Positions 26,583 to 39,800 of a stretch of 64,000 bases of DNA are shown here, piece by piece. Within the stretch, counting starts at the first letter, position 1. Each line of letters begins with the position of its first letter. A program made the translations under genes and the position numbers. The notes below the pieces were generated by a model, which saw only the letters and a list, made by a program, of their open reading frames with translations, had not been told where the DNA came from and made no database searches. Source of the stretch: a virus; the IMG/VR virus record IMGVR_UViG_3300042197_001007; one strand, given 5' to 3'.

Positions 26583-27835
26583 TAGAATGCCCTCATTATA
26601 ACCAGAGTAGTAAGTGATGGGGTATTTGGATTAATTTGAACACTCAATGCTTTATCAACACTCACTGGAGAAATAGTTCCTGTCGTCATATTATTTATGA
26701 GAATTGTTCCAGGAAGACGCATCTGACCCCTATTCATAGATATATCAACAGTGAAATGATTGTGTGATGCTAATGCTTCAGAATTCCACGTATCGGCATT
26801 ATGATTGAGTGTAACTGGGTATGGTTTGGTGGCATCTTGTCCTCTTGTAGATGTTGGTTCGCTTGGAACATCAGTAGAAGCGTAGTGATTTCTTAATCCC
26901 TGATAAAGACCAGCTGGGGGAAATGGAGCAGTAACAGCTGGTTGCTGAACATTAATAATACATGTGTTTGGATCTTGATAATCAATAGTATTTCCATAAC
27001 CAGGAATTGCCCTAGCAGCGCCAGGAATTACTGGAACAACTGGAGAAGCACTAGTAAAATCTCTAAAAGCATCCATTACAGGTAAGGTAAACGAAGCTTC
27101 ATCATACCAAGTAACTTCAGCAGTTCCAGGATTAAATCTATCCGCCGTAGTTTCGCTTGGATTTACTGGCACAGAACTTACAGTTTGGAACTCTGCATCT
27201 TGAGTGTCAAAATTGCCTGCTTCAAAAAGCGCAACATAACCACCACCAACAGAAGTTGATGGATATGGACTATCATCTGGTTGAGCATGTGAGTGCGATG
27301 GTGTGTGATCAACTCCAAGTTTTCTTGGTATAGTTCTTATTGTGTCAAAAAAGGCAGGATCCTGTATGGCAATTCCAGTAACTTTTCCTGCTAATTGTGC
27401 GTCCGACTCGATTGAAAAATTAACATCAACATATGAAACAATGTTTGTTAAAGGAGCAGCATCTGATCCATTCTCTGTGATATATGTTCCAACTTTTGCT
27501 AGGTCGGACGGATTTAAACGAGATCCTTCTAAGTCAACAAGAGATGTATTGTTCAAATTTGGCAAATTAAAAACGTCATTTTCATCATACTCTGGATAAC
27601 TGTTTGCTATTCCAACAAATGGACCACCAGGCTCTTGAAAAGGACCATAGGTATTTCCCAATAGTTGAGCAAGAAGAGGATAATCAATCGCTCTTAAAGT
27701 TTGACCTCTACAAACCAAATATCCTCTCGGTATACCAGAATCAGTAATTGTTGTTGTCGAAGAAGATCCTGTCCACGGCATAATTGTTCCAATTGGAACT
27801 GCCTTAGAAGCTCTTATCCTGTTATAACTTGCCAT
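26582..27835 (-). CDS. tail collar domain protein
   Basis: PIGTIMPW...GYLVCRG...YPLLA...FNLPNL collar; SHNH repeats. Confidence 0.8.
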   Translation of the reverse strand: MASYNRIRASKAVPIGTIMPWTGSSSTTTITDSGIPRGYLVCRGQTLRAIDYPLLAQLLGNTYGPFQEPGGPFVGIANSYPEYDENDVFNLPNLNNTSLVDLEGSRLNPSDLAKVGTYITENGSDAAPLTNIVSYVDVNFSIESDAQLAGKVTGIAIQDPAFFDTIRTIPRKLGVDHTPSHSHAQPDDSPYPSTSVGGGYVALFEAGNFDTQDAEFQTVSSVPVNPSETTADRFNPGTAEVTWYDEASFTLPVMDAFRDFTSASPVVPVIPGAARAIPGYGNTIDYQDPNTCIINVQQPAVTAPFPPAGLYQGLRNHYASTDVPSEPTSTRGQDATKPYPVTLNHNADTWNSEALASHNHFTVDISMNRGQMRLPGTILINNMTTGTISPVSVDKALSVQINPNTPSLTTLVIMRAF

Positions 27836-27838
27836 TTA

Positions 27839-30800
27839 TCAGACCTCCATTAACCACCATCCTTGGACAGCAGTCGGAATACCAACCTGTCCGTTACTAT
27901 CGGTTCCTCCAAGATAAATTAGTCCAAATGCGGCATTTGGTGTTTGAACAACCAATTCTCCAGATGGATATGGTGTTAATCTTCCACCAAGAAGTGTTCC
28001 TGTGTTGTCTCCTTGAATACGAACGCCAGAACTTTCAGCAGTTCTTAGAACTAGAGAAGTATTGTAGTTCAAGTTACCGCCAACCTCTACAATTCTCACA
28101 ACATCACCAGTTACTGGTGCCGTTGGAAGTATAAGTACAAGAGTTTGTGATGCTTGTACATTAACCATGTACATTATATTTGGTATCAATGTTAGATCTT
28201 CTTCTGCTGAAGCAGCAGAAATGTATCTTGTATGTCTTGCTCCAGATGAAGTATAGAAATTCTCAAGGCCAAAACTATCAATCGAATTGTCTTGCTTAAC
28301 AGCAAATTCTTTAGCGCCATTTATTCCAAGATTTTCAACTGATAGTTGCTTCAATGAAGTTGATGGAGCAGCAGATGGGATACCAGTAACAGTTAAAGTT
28401 TTTCTTGCTGTGACATTACCTAAGTTATCTGCTGAGAACGAAGGAACATATGAATATGGATCAGTGATTACGTTTTCTGGATCTTGACCACTGAACAAGA
28501 AGAAGTCACCACGAGCAACAACTCCAGCATCCCAAACAAGCAATCCTTGGTGATCAGCATGACCATCATCATTGACAAAACCAAATAATCTTGTCTGATT
28601 TACAGAATCATAAATTTCAAAATTACCACCAATTAACTTAACATCGCTAGCAATTTCCAACTTACCAGATCTGTATGGAATAGCACCATCAGTTCTCTGT
28701 TCGTTCATGGAGGTTTCGTGAACAACCCCCTGTAATCTACCTTCTACTGAAGCCCAAATTTGAGCACCACTGTTATTAGCAAGAGCTATCCATCCTTGAT
28801 AATCGAGTTTTTGCTGTACAATATATCCTTTGTCAAGGATGATCGAACAATACTGAGAAGAACTTCCAGTAATAACCCTGGTTCTCATTTCCACATCAAT
28901 AATGTTAGCGAACTCCTTATGTTTGATAACTCTTCTTACCACATTTCCAGTTGCGAACACGCTGTCGCCAGGAATAAATGAGGCACTTGTATCAATACCA
29001 TCTCCAGGAGCAGCAACAACAATTGTTGGATTTGTTACATCAGTAATTACTTGAATTACTTTACCAATAATAAATCTTCCAACACCAGTTGAAGCAGCAG
29101 TTGGAGTTCCAATAAAGACCAAATCATCAATATCAAATCTTCCAGTTCCAACTCCAAGAGATTGAACAGGAACTTGAACTTGATTAGATGATCCGGTAGC
29201 AGTTGCTCTGATTGTTGTATCTGGACCACCTTCTGCCGCAATTTGAGGATCATACCAGTATCCATACGCCCTTGTAATGTTTCCACTATCAAAAGCAGTT
29301 ACTATAGAAGAAGTTGTTGTATTTGTGGTGTTATTTCCAGAGAAAGCATATTCAATTTCAATTCTTCCATATTGTGATCCAATATGAGTAGTTCCAGTAC
29401 AAGTATCAACTTGGAAAGTTGTAACTCCTTCACCATTTGTAATTTCAAATTTCTCATTTCTTCTAGCTTCAAATGTTGCGGAAATTGTTGAAGATCCAAG
29501 TGCTGGAGAATTCAAATAAATTTCACTGGTTGCTGTGTTAATTCCAGAAATCTTTGTATCTTTATCAAATTCAAGTGGAGATTGGTTTGTAATATTGTGT
29601 AAATAATCTCCAAGTCTAAGATCATTAATTGTCTTACCGACACTTGTTACTGTTACACCACTCAACACAGAAGATCCAGCTGTAGCAGTTGCTGTAAATT
29701 GTATTTTACTTAAGGTTCCACAACCACCACTTAGTTTAAGAGTAGAATTTAGAGTTAACTGTGATCCAGGAACATCTGGATTACCAATTAATACTTCACC
29801 AGTTACAGAGTTAACAACGAATACGTCATTCTCTTCACTAGAGCAATCGCTAGAAATTCTAAATTTCTGTACTTGTTGTTCTAATGGAGAAACAACCTTG
29901 ATAACTTCTCCTTGATCAAAAATTCCATCATTATTTGTATCAGTTCTGTCAACAATTACATAATCGTTATTTGTTAAACTTCCGCCAAACTCAGCAAGAT
30001 AGACATTATCGGTTGGTCCTGTACCATCAAGAGATTGTTCTGTCCAAGTAGAATCAAACTGAACATTAACCTTGTAAATTGGAGTTCTATCTGGGTGATT
30101 AGTTAGAACTGCTGTGAAAGTTCCAAGTGGGCGGCGCCTTACTTTGATGTAATATGGAGCAACGTTTGTTCTTACGAGTTCAACAACTTGTAAAATTTCT
30201 GGATGCCCGGAAGCAGAAACTGCGCTATTAATAATAATGTAATCATTTTCTACAAAGTATGGTTCTCCATTTTGCTTCAGTGGAGCATTAAGGAGTGGGA
30301 GATAATATAGGTCTCCAGTTAATGCTGGTAAACTTTGTGGTTCAACAACTGGAGTTCCACCAATGTTTAGTACTGGTGCTTGGAAAGTAAGACCTCCCCA
30401 TGCTCCACTACCAGCAGTATCTACTTCATTATATCCTTCATCAGTGTTAGATTTGACTAAAACATTAACAATGTCAATATTTTTGTTAAATGTTGTTTCG
30501 TTAATAATTCCGTCTTGGTGGGCAGAAATAGTTGATCCAAGTTGACCTCTACTTCCAACAAATGAGAATGAAGCAACACCACCACAAATTAGAACATCGC
30601 CATTAAATTTAGCAGAAGCAATAACTTCTAGTTGGTTGTTAATCGTAGTTGTTCCACCCTGTCCAGCAATATTAATTTCAGATGCGTTAAGAGCAAAATC
30701 AATTGTAGATGCTGATCCAGAATCAGAGAAGAAGCTAACAGTTCCAGCAGTTGTTGAAAGTCTAACTGTGTCACTAATTGTTCTTCTTGCTCCTAACTGG

Positions 30801-33800
30801 AAGTCACCGTCAACTTTAAAGGATTTTGTCTTAATTCTAGTGAACGACTGAGATTCATTGTTTAGATAAGCACCACCAATCTCTACCTTACTAATTGTAA
30901 GAGCACCATCGGAAGGACGAGCATCTGGAGTTACACCAAGAGAAATGTTGCTGTGAAGACTATCACTACCTATTACAATGAACTGATCTTCAGATGTAGT
31001 ATCTCCAATAAAGATATTTTCAACTTTGTTGCCAATATTGAGAGTTCCAGTAAATGTGCTGTCAGTTACAAGATTGAATGTACCAAGTGCTACATTGGTT
31101 CTAATTTCAGCAACAGAGCTAAGAATAGATCCATTGCCATGAACTTCAATATCACGCTCAAATCTTACATCTTCAGTGAAACGAGCATCACCAACAACAA
31201 CCAATGCTCTATTGAGTTGTTTTGCTGTTACAGTCTCATCTGTGTTGATACCAATTCTACCAAGGTTGTTTCCTCTTCCAGCTTCAGTAATAGCAACTGT
31301 TCTGGTATCTACTCTTAGAGTGCTATAGTTTGTTGGAGCAAGACTATCGCCACCAACAACAAAAGCATCAGAAATAGCATTGAATGTTCTATTTGTTGGA
31401 TTAGCATTTGCTAGGAAGTTGTTTGGTGCGGTAGAAAGAGTTTTGCCGCTGATATATCCCTTACCAACAACATCAAGGTTAGCACGAGGATCTGTTGTGG
31501 CAGGATCAACAAATGCGTTGGTGTGTGCTGTATGTGGAGCACGAGCAATTGTGTTAATACCTAACTTGTAGTTACCAATATTTTCTGTTTCTGTTCTGAG
31601 AGCTTCGGCACCAATAACTCCAATTTCTTTCCAAGAAGCATTTGAAAATTCAATGCTTGGTGGTGTAGCACCAACAGCAGTTCCAGCAATAATATCTGCC
31701 CAATTTTCTACTGCCTGTGGAATTTGATCAATTACTTGGAAGTGAACATAGTTATTTGTTGATGAGAACGCATCACCAGGAGGTGAATAAACAACCCAAG
31801 TTAGATTTAGTCTTGGATCATAATAGAAGTTATTAACTCTGATCTGAGAACCAGAGGTAATACCAATATCCTGATTGCTAATATTAACACCAGTGTCAGC
31901 AGACTTAAAGGTTAGTTTAACTACATTGCTTCCATCAAAAGTAATCGTGAAGATACTATTGTTAGGAATTTGCTGATAGTAGTTTGCTAAAATCCAACCA
32001 AACGATCCTGTCTTACCAACCTCAAGACCTTTAATAAGAACATCACCTGGGCGAGGAGTTACACCACCATAAGTTATAAACTGTGCTGAAGAAATACGAG
32101 TTCCGCCTTGAGCAATTAGAGCAGTTTGATTTGGAGTGATGTTTGAGGGAATTCCAGCAGATGTGTGGGTCTGGAACATATATGCCTGACCATTTCCTCT
32201 CGCATTAAATCCAAATACAGCAGATTGAACTCTGTTTTTGCTGATACGAATATCACCGTTTGTTGGTGGTCTAAATGCTGTCCTATCAAGTCCTTCGTCT
32301 TGCTCCAACTGTGTTACAGGATCAACAGAAGAAACATTTGAACGAATGATGAGAACATCACGTTGCTGTGTAAGATCTTCATCTTGAACAGCAATTACAA
32401 GAGGTGCCTCAACAGAACTTACAAGTGATCCATCACCACCAACGATTGTAATATTTTGGTTGAAGGTAACAGGAGTATCAAATGTTGTGACAAGACCGCC
32501 AATAACATCGTTCTCGTCACCATCATCAGCAAGAACAGCAGCATCAATGAATGTCTCTTCACCAGTGATAGCATTAATTCTTCTATTACCGATGTAGAGG
32601 TCACCCTGAGAGTTGATACCTGTGTAGAAGACGATACCAGCATCTTGCTTCTTAGATTGAGCATAGAAGTCCTGATCTGGTGTTAGAACGACTTCCTGAC
32701 GAGCTGGGAGACCAGTGGAGTAGTTACCAGGACCGAAACCAAGGTATTCAAACGTGTGGTTACCAGCACGAGCAATAGATGGTCTGCGAAGTTCAACATA
32801 GTATCTCTGATCAGACAGAACACTGCTATTACCAGCGATTGGAATGAGACGATCTTCTGAACCAGAAGTTGCGTTACCATCCTGTGCTTGAATTGCGTTT
32901 GCTCCGGAGTATTCATTTTCAATGAAAGCACTCTGAGTGATAAGATCTTCAACAAGTTCTCTTGTTACGGAGTTCTTGTAGTCATTAACAGTAACAAGAC
33001 CATGTGTATAGTTGTCAGCAGCAGAGAATGCCTGTGGTGGGTCAATTAAGGCAGCATAGTAATTCTTCTCTTCATTTGTTGTTCCGTTCTTCTGGAACCA
33101 AAGAGGATCATTTCTGTAGTTTAGAGGATACAGTCTGCTGACTGGTTGTGAGAACTTGAAGTTCTTGAAGTTGTTGATAACTCCAGCACCAGTTGGGAAT
33201 GGAGAAATGTTACCGCGAAGAGCTGTGAGATAGTAGATACCATCTTGCTGTCCAGCAATACGACGTTGTAGGGTCTCAGAAGCGAAGATGTAGAATGTAT
33301 CTTCAATGATGCCAGCATCAGCAACGCTTTCGACGTAGTACTCAACACCAGCATCGTCCTGAATACGATCACCAGGAGTAATCGTATAAACGTTAGCACC
33401 ATTCTGTCTCCAGTAGTATTCTGGATATCCCTTACGAATGAGTGTCTTGAGTGGCAACGATTTGCCCATATCCTGATCTTCAAGCATATCTGCGAAGACC
33501 GAACCTTGAGTAAATCTTACATTGTCATACTCGCTGTACTCTAACTTGCCACCGCGAACGTTCTTGATGATTAGATAGTGATCGCCACCAACACTATAGT
33601 ATGCGTGAATGTTAGCAAGACCAGAAGAATAACCAGAGAAACTGACTTGGTTAGCAGTGATGCTTTGTGTCTTGTTGGTTACAAACTCTCCACCTTGAGG
33701 AGCAGTAATCTTTACCGTCGTAAAGATTTCGTTTCTTAGACCAGGGAAGTTTGTAGCATCTACAGCATGATCATAAACAGTAAGTTCAAGATACTTGATG

Positions 33801-36800
33801 TTTGGATTGAGATCATCTGCTACATAACGACCACTCTGAATAGTTGCTTGAATACCAGATGTAAAGCGAGCAAAAGCACGATACTCAATACCTTGACCTG
33901 TTAGATCCTTCTTGTATGGATCGTATGCGGCATCTTCATTAAGATTATTTGTCGCAAACTGTGCTGCTGTATAACCAATGTATTCACCAGCTTGAACTGG
34001 GTTTTCAAATCTCGCACCATATACCGATCCAGTAACTGGCTTAAGAAGAACTTTCTGTGGAATTAACTTACGAGTATCGTCAGTTCTTGTCTTAAGGACA
34101 AATCCGTTGATAGGATCTCTTGCGTTCTCAAGATACTTAGGAATGACATAACGGATCTTGTATGTTCTGTCATCTGCTTCTCTTGTATCTTCAAGACGCT
34201 CATACCACATATCAGTGGTTCTTGGTCTGTCCGAATAGTCAGACTGATGTAATCTCCAGAAAATATTTTCTTCCTGAACTGAAGTTGGTTGAGCAGTTAC
34301 TTGATCCTTACACTGAATATACCACTTACCAGTGCTTGATACAGCATCAGTAAATGCTGGATCAAACTTCATTGGCGATCTACGCTTGTTCGCAAATACA
34401 TCAAAGACAAGTCCTACCTGACCGGAAGCAAATGTAATTGGATTTACATTGTTAATCGCATCAGCATGTGTCTTGTGAATGGTAAATACTTTGTCATTTT
34501 GATAACGAGCAAAGAATTCAATCTGAGGATTAATTCTTCCTACGTTTGCGTTCTGTGGATTTGTAACAGCAACGGTAGCATCGTTAGAATAGGTTGATGC
34601 TACAAGAGGTAACTGTCCACCCTCAACTGCCCTAAAGAATACTCTATGTGGAGTTGTGGAAGCAGATGGAACGTCAAAGATGTGTGATACGTCAGTCTCA
34701 ATACCAGCATTAACACTGTTGGTTAGATTACACTCATAGCTATGTAAAGTATACTTATCATCAAGAACAAATTGATAGAGGTCAATTTCTACGTTAGGAT
34801 CAATGCTTGATGTTTCCGACGCATAGATGTAGATACCAGCAGCAGCATTCTCCTTAGAAGTTGCCAACATCAACTTGGTCTGATCACTTCCATTGAAGAA
34901 AGTTGTTGTGCTGTAATCTTCTGGTTGAGTTCTTCTACCAGGAGCAATCACATAATAAGTTCTGTTTGTTTCAAATCCTTTTGGAAGTCTGATAAGACGC
35001 TTATCAACTTCAACATACTTACCAGTGTCAACATCAAAACGAGGACGTGGAACAAGTCTTACAGGAGTTCCAGTCTCAAAGTTGTGAGCATTGGTAGAAC
35101 CATAACCAGTTGTATCAATTGTAAAGACAGTCGCTCTTGAAGAAAGAAGTGCTGTATTTACAGTCTGTTCTTGACGAGCAACTGTTCCAAGACCGCTGTT
35201 GATGATTGTAGTGATGTTTCCAACCAAAGTTTCAATTGCGTTGGCAACACCAGCACATTCTCTCTGTGTTGGAGCAGAAGGTGTGTATGCTTGAGTATCT
35301 TGAATAACATCTGGATTAGATGCTTCTGGTCCTACAGTAACTGTCTTAGGTAGAATATTTGCCCACTGACCTTTTTCAAATGTGAAGTATAGTTTGGTTG
35401 TAGTGCTGTTCTGTAGAGCATTTACTGTATTGCCAGTGGTAAGTCTTGCGTTGGCAACACCCAATTCAATTTGAGTATTGCTTACAATTCTCTTAACAAA
35501 TGTATCTTTAGGAATATTGCTGTAAATAGCAACAGCATTAGATTGTAGCAATCCATTGACATATGGAGTTGGAGATGTAGCATACTCAACAACTCTCATA
35601 CCAATGACAATACCACGAGTATCAGCAACATTAACAATTGCTGAACCAGATGTTGTTACACAGTTGACAGCAAGAACATCAAAATTACGCATCGCAGCAG
35701 TTGCGAGCTGACCAACATAGTTCCAAGCATCAATTGTTTCTGGTTTTTCTCCATCAATATAAGTTAGATTATTTCCAACATAGTATGCTTCACCTGCTTG
35801 AATGCTATTGATGTTACCACCAAGTCTAAGGTCATTAACAAGAGCATCAACAATATATGATACGTCACGATAACACTTAGATTGAGTGGCATTAACAATG
35901 AAGTCACCTGGATTTGCTGTTGGTAGACCAGCAAGAGATCCTGTGCTGATCGCATCGGTAACAATATCAAATAGGTTCTCAATGGATGAACGAACGTTGG
36001 CACAATCCCACTCTCCATTGCTGAGAGGTGGAAGAGAATTGAGATTACCAGCATAAAGACTATCAACAACAATGCTGATCAGAACATCAATTGTTGCTAA
36101 AACATCAGAGCAATTACCAAGGGCATAAGTTGTTGGTTGTACTGGAGCGGTTCTGGTGATGCCAGTTAGATTGCCAACACCACCATCATTACCGATTGCT
36201 TGAATGATAATACCAAACAGAGTATCAGTAGCAGCAATCGCAGATCCGCACTTAGGTAGAAGTTCATCAGCATCCCAGTCATGAGTTTGAGTGAAATCAA
36301 ATACCTGAGTTTCGTTATTTCCTGCTGTTGGTGTTACAGCGACATTGTTGATAACATCAATGGTTACTTTCTTTGCTTCTAAGAATACTTTAGCAGCTTC
36401 ATCACGCTCAGCATCAATAAATGTCTGAACTGGTTGACCATTGAATACGTTTGTTACATAAACAAGAGCAGCATCATAGGTCTTAGAGTTTCCACCAAAC
36501 TTAATATCATATGCGATTTGATCTAATACATCATAAACATCGTCAAGACAATCTTGCTCTGTATTGCCAGTTTGTGGAACATATGAAGGATATGCCAACT
36601 TCATACGCTGATATGCTTCTTTCGCAATAAACTTCTTGTTGTCCATAATGGTCAAGAAGACATTGCTATGAATGTCAGAGAATACTGCTGGTTCTTCAGT
36701 ATTATCCAGTGTGATTGTTAGATCTCTATCATAGTACTGATTATTTACAGCACGGTTCATAAGATCCTGTGCTCTTCTAAATGCTGTAATGGAAGGTCCA

Positions 36801-39800
36801 GTTTCTCCAGCAACACCGTTTGTAAGCAGAGTTGTTGCGTTGGTGAAATATTCCTTCGTTGCTGCGATAGTATACTCGTTACCACCAAACCAAAGGTCTT
36901 GAGCAACAGCATCAACAATGTGACCGATATCTCTACGGCACTTAGTTTCACCAGTCAAGAATGTTCCAGCATTCTCAGCAGGAAGAGAGTTTAGGTTACC
37001 AGCAGTTACAGCAGCAGTGACAATACCAGCAAGAGTTGTGATTGCTGACTGAACGTTAGCACATGAAGTTGGATCTACATTACTACCAGTCGCAGGATCG
37101 GCAGTGATTGTGAGATCCTTATAGTAGAGTTGATTGGTGATTGCTCTACGCATGAACTCAGCAGCTTCATTGAATGCTGTATTGCTCTGAGCAGTTTCTC
37201 CAACTAAACCGTTGCTGATTGGAGTTGTGGCATTCGTGAAATACTGTTGAATGAAAGTTCTGGTGTGCTTGTTACCGCCAGTGAATACGTCAACTGAAAT
37301 CGCATCAATAAAGTATCCAATGTCACGAGCACACTTCTTCATACCAGCAGGAGCAGATCCTTTGTTGATTTGAAGAGGAAGTGAATTTAGATTGCCATCA
37401 TTAATAATTGTTGTGATGATGCCACTCAAGGTATCAATTGCTGAACGAACGTTAGCACATGAAGTTGGATCTGTATTGCTTCCAGTCGCAGGATCAGCAG
37501 TAATTGTAAGATCCTTAACTGTAAGTTGGTTGGTGATAGCAGACTTCATCAAAGTCTTTGCTTGGTTGAAAGCATAGATGCTTTCTGTTACTTCGCCAAC
37601 TAAACCGTTGCTGATTGGTGTTGTAGCATTTGTAAAGTATTCAGCAGCAAATCTGTATGAATACTCGTTACCACGAATGAAGAGGTCAAGCGAAACAGCA
37701 TCAACAAAGTATCCAAGATCTCTCTTACACTTTGTTTCAGTTGAAGCAACACCAGGATATTGTGTGACCATGTTGGTCCAAGCAGTGTTGACAATCTCTG
37801 TCTTGTTCTGTTGGATTAGACGGTAGCTATCATAGAAACGCGAATCTGCTGTTGTTTGTGCGTCACCAGGGAAGTAGAAATCTGGATAATCAACCGCAAT
37901 CTTCGCAAGTGCTCTATCAGCAATCTCTTTGCTGTTACGACGAATGAGACGGAACGCATCAGCAAAACGTGATTGTGCGTTGCTCTGTGTATCACCAGGA
38001 ATGTAGAAGTCTGGATGATAAACAGCAATCTCAGCAAGTGCTGCGTCAAGAATGAACTCTCTGTTGTCAATAATTCTATTGCGAGCATCCTTGTAGCGAC
38101 CAGCAGGATCTTGCTTATTCGCAGCATCAACAGTTACACCTTCACTGTTCAATCCAAGTGCTGCTGAACCAGTGCTACCAGCAATTACACCATAAGGAGC
38201 TAGAATACTGGTTGGATCTGGATCATAAATGTCTGCCTTTACAGTGAGTAGGTTAGCAACTGCTTTCTTACATAGATCTCTTGCTCTATTGAAAGCAAAT
38301 ACAGCATAGTTCTCTTCGCCCACCAGACCGTTCTGTAATGGCGTTCCATCGCCATTGAAGTAGAACTTGGTAGCTTCAATCGTATTGAGGTTTCCACCGT
38401 CTCTGAGGTCTTCTGCGATGGCATCAACGATGAAACCAATGTCACGCTTACACTTACCATTCGCAACACCTTGGATATTACCAATACCAAATGTATCAAC
38501 CATCTGCTGGAATGCCGTATCAACAATCTCTTGACGATTGTTGAGAATTAGATTACGAGCATCAAAGTAACGACCAGCAGCAGGATTTAGACCAGGATTA
38601 ACATAAGGAATGTTCTGAAGTCTTGGATACTTTTCAAGAATATATCCAAAAACTTCCTCTTGGATCATTGTGCGATTGCTTTCAATCAGATTAGCAGCAT
38701 CAGCATAGACACTATTGATTGAAATACCGGTTGGATTGAGAATAGATCCTTTAGCAATATACTTTAGGAAACCAGTTGGTTCTAATTCAACATTAAAGAT
38801 TTCTCCAGTTCCTGGTGCTGGATCAAGTTTTACATATAGTTTGTCACTTGATTTCGCACCAAGTCTGTAACCATCAATTGTAGCAGCAGGTCTATCAGCA
38901 GGAGTAATGATGTCATCACTGCCCAAGAATAGTTTTGTATAGTTGTTAGGGTTCTGAATAGTTCCCTGAATATCAACAGTATAATATGCGATCTTCTCAA
39001 TATTTTCAGATCCTTCAACTGCTCTCTTTGGTGGAATAATATCAGTAATGTATCCACCTTTATCTTGGTTGAAAGCAAATCCTTTGAAACCAATTGCGTG
39101 TAGAGATGTATTACCAAAGTTTGAGTTGGAGTTGGTGATGGACATGTCTCCACCACTTTCCATTAAGAAGTGATCCGCAAAACCAACCGCGAAGATAGAA
39201 ACGTTCTGAATGAATGCGTCTTCTGAAGCACGAACGTGGAAGTTTCTCCACTCATCTTTCCAGTAACTGTCGCCCTTTGCGTGATAAGGAACCGTAGCAA
39301 ATGCGTCAGTCAGTGATGCCTGGTTCCAAGTGTTTGAATACTCGTCGTAACGAATGAATGCTCTATCGTCTTTCTGTAGAGAAACACCAGTATACTGAGC
39401 AATAACCATGGATCTAAATCCAGTGGCTTTTAGACCATTTGCCCAGATACCACAGATACCCCAGGTAGAACGAATTGAAACGTTGAAGACGTATGGAGAA
39501 GCAGATTCGACGCTATCAACCTCAGCAAGAGTTTGTGCGTTTTGTCCAAGAGCAGGAGTTGTATCTACACTGATTGTTTGTCCTGATACAATATTATTGC
39601 CAATTCCACCTACAACGAAAGGAACTTCGTATGTGAATTTACGAGGATCGTTTTCATCAATTTCTTTGATTGGGAAAAATCCTTCAAGAACATCATCAAT
39701 GTTGGTGTTTGAAATTGAAACAAACTGACCAGCAAAATATCCGTGATCAACTTTGGTTGTTACTTGAACTTCCGTTGTTGAAGCAGGAATACTTGGATCA

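Noticed and set aside
37020-37640. Near-identical DNA repeats as a possible DGR template/variable repeat or CRISPR array
   Set aside because: They are in-frame protein repeats with mainly synonymous differences; no reverse transcriptase, no A-specific mismatch pattern, and no repeat-spacer periodicity were seen in the window.
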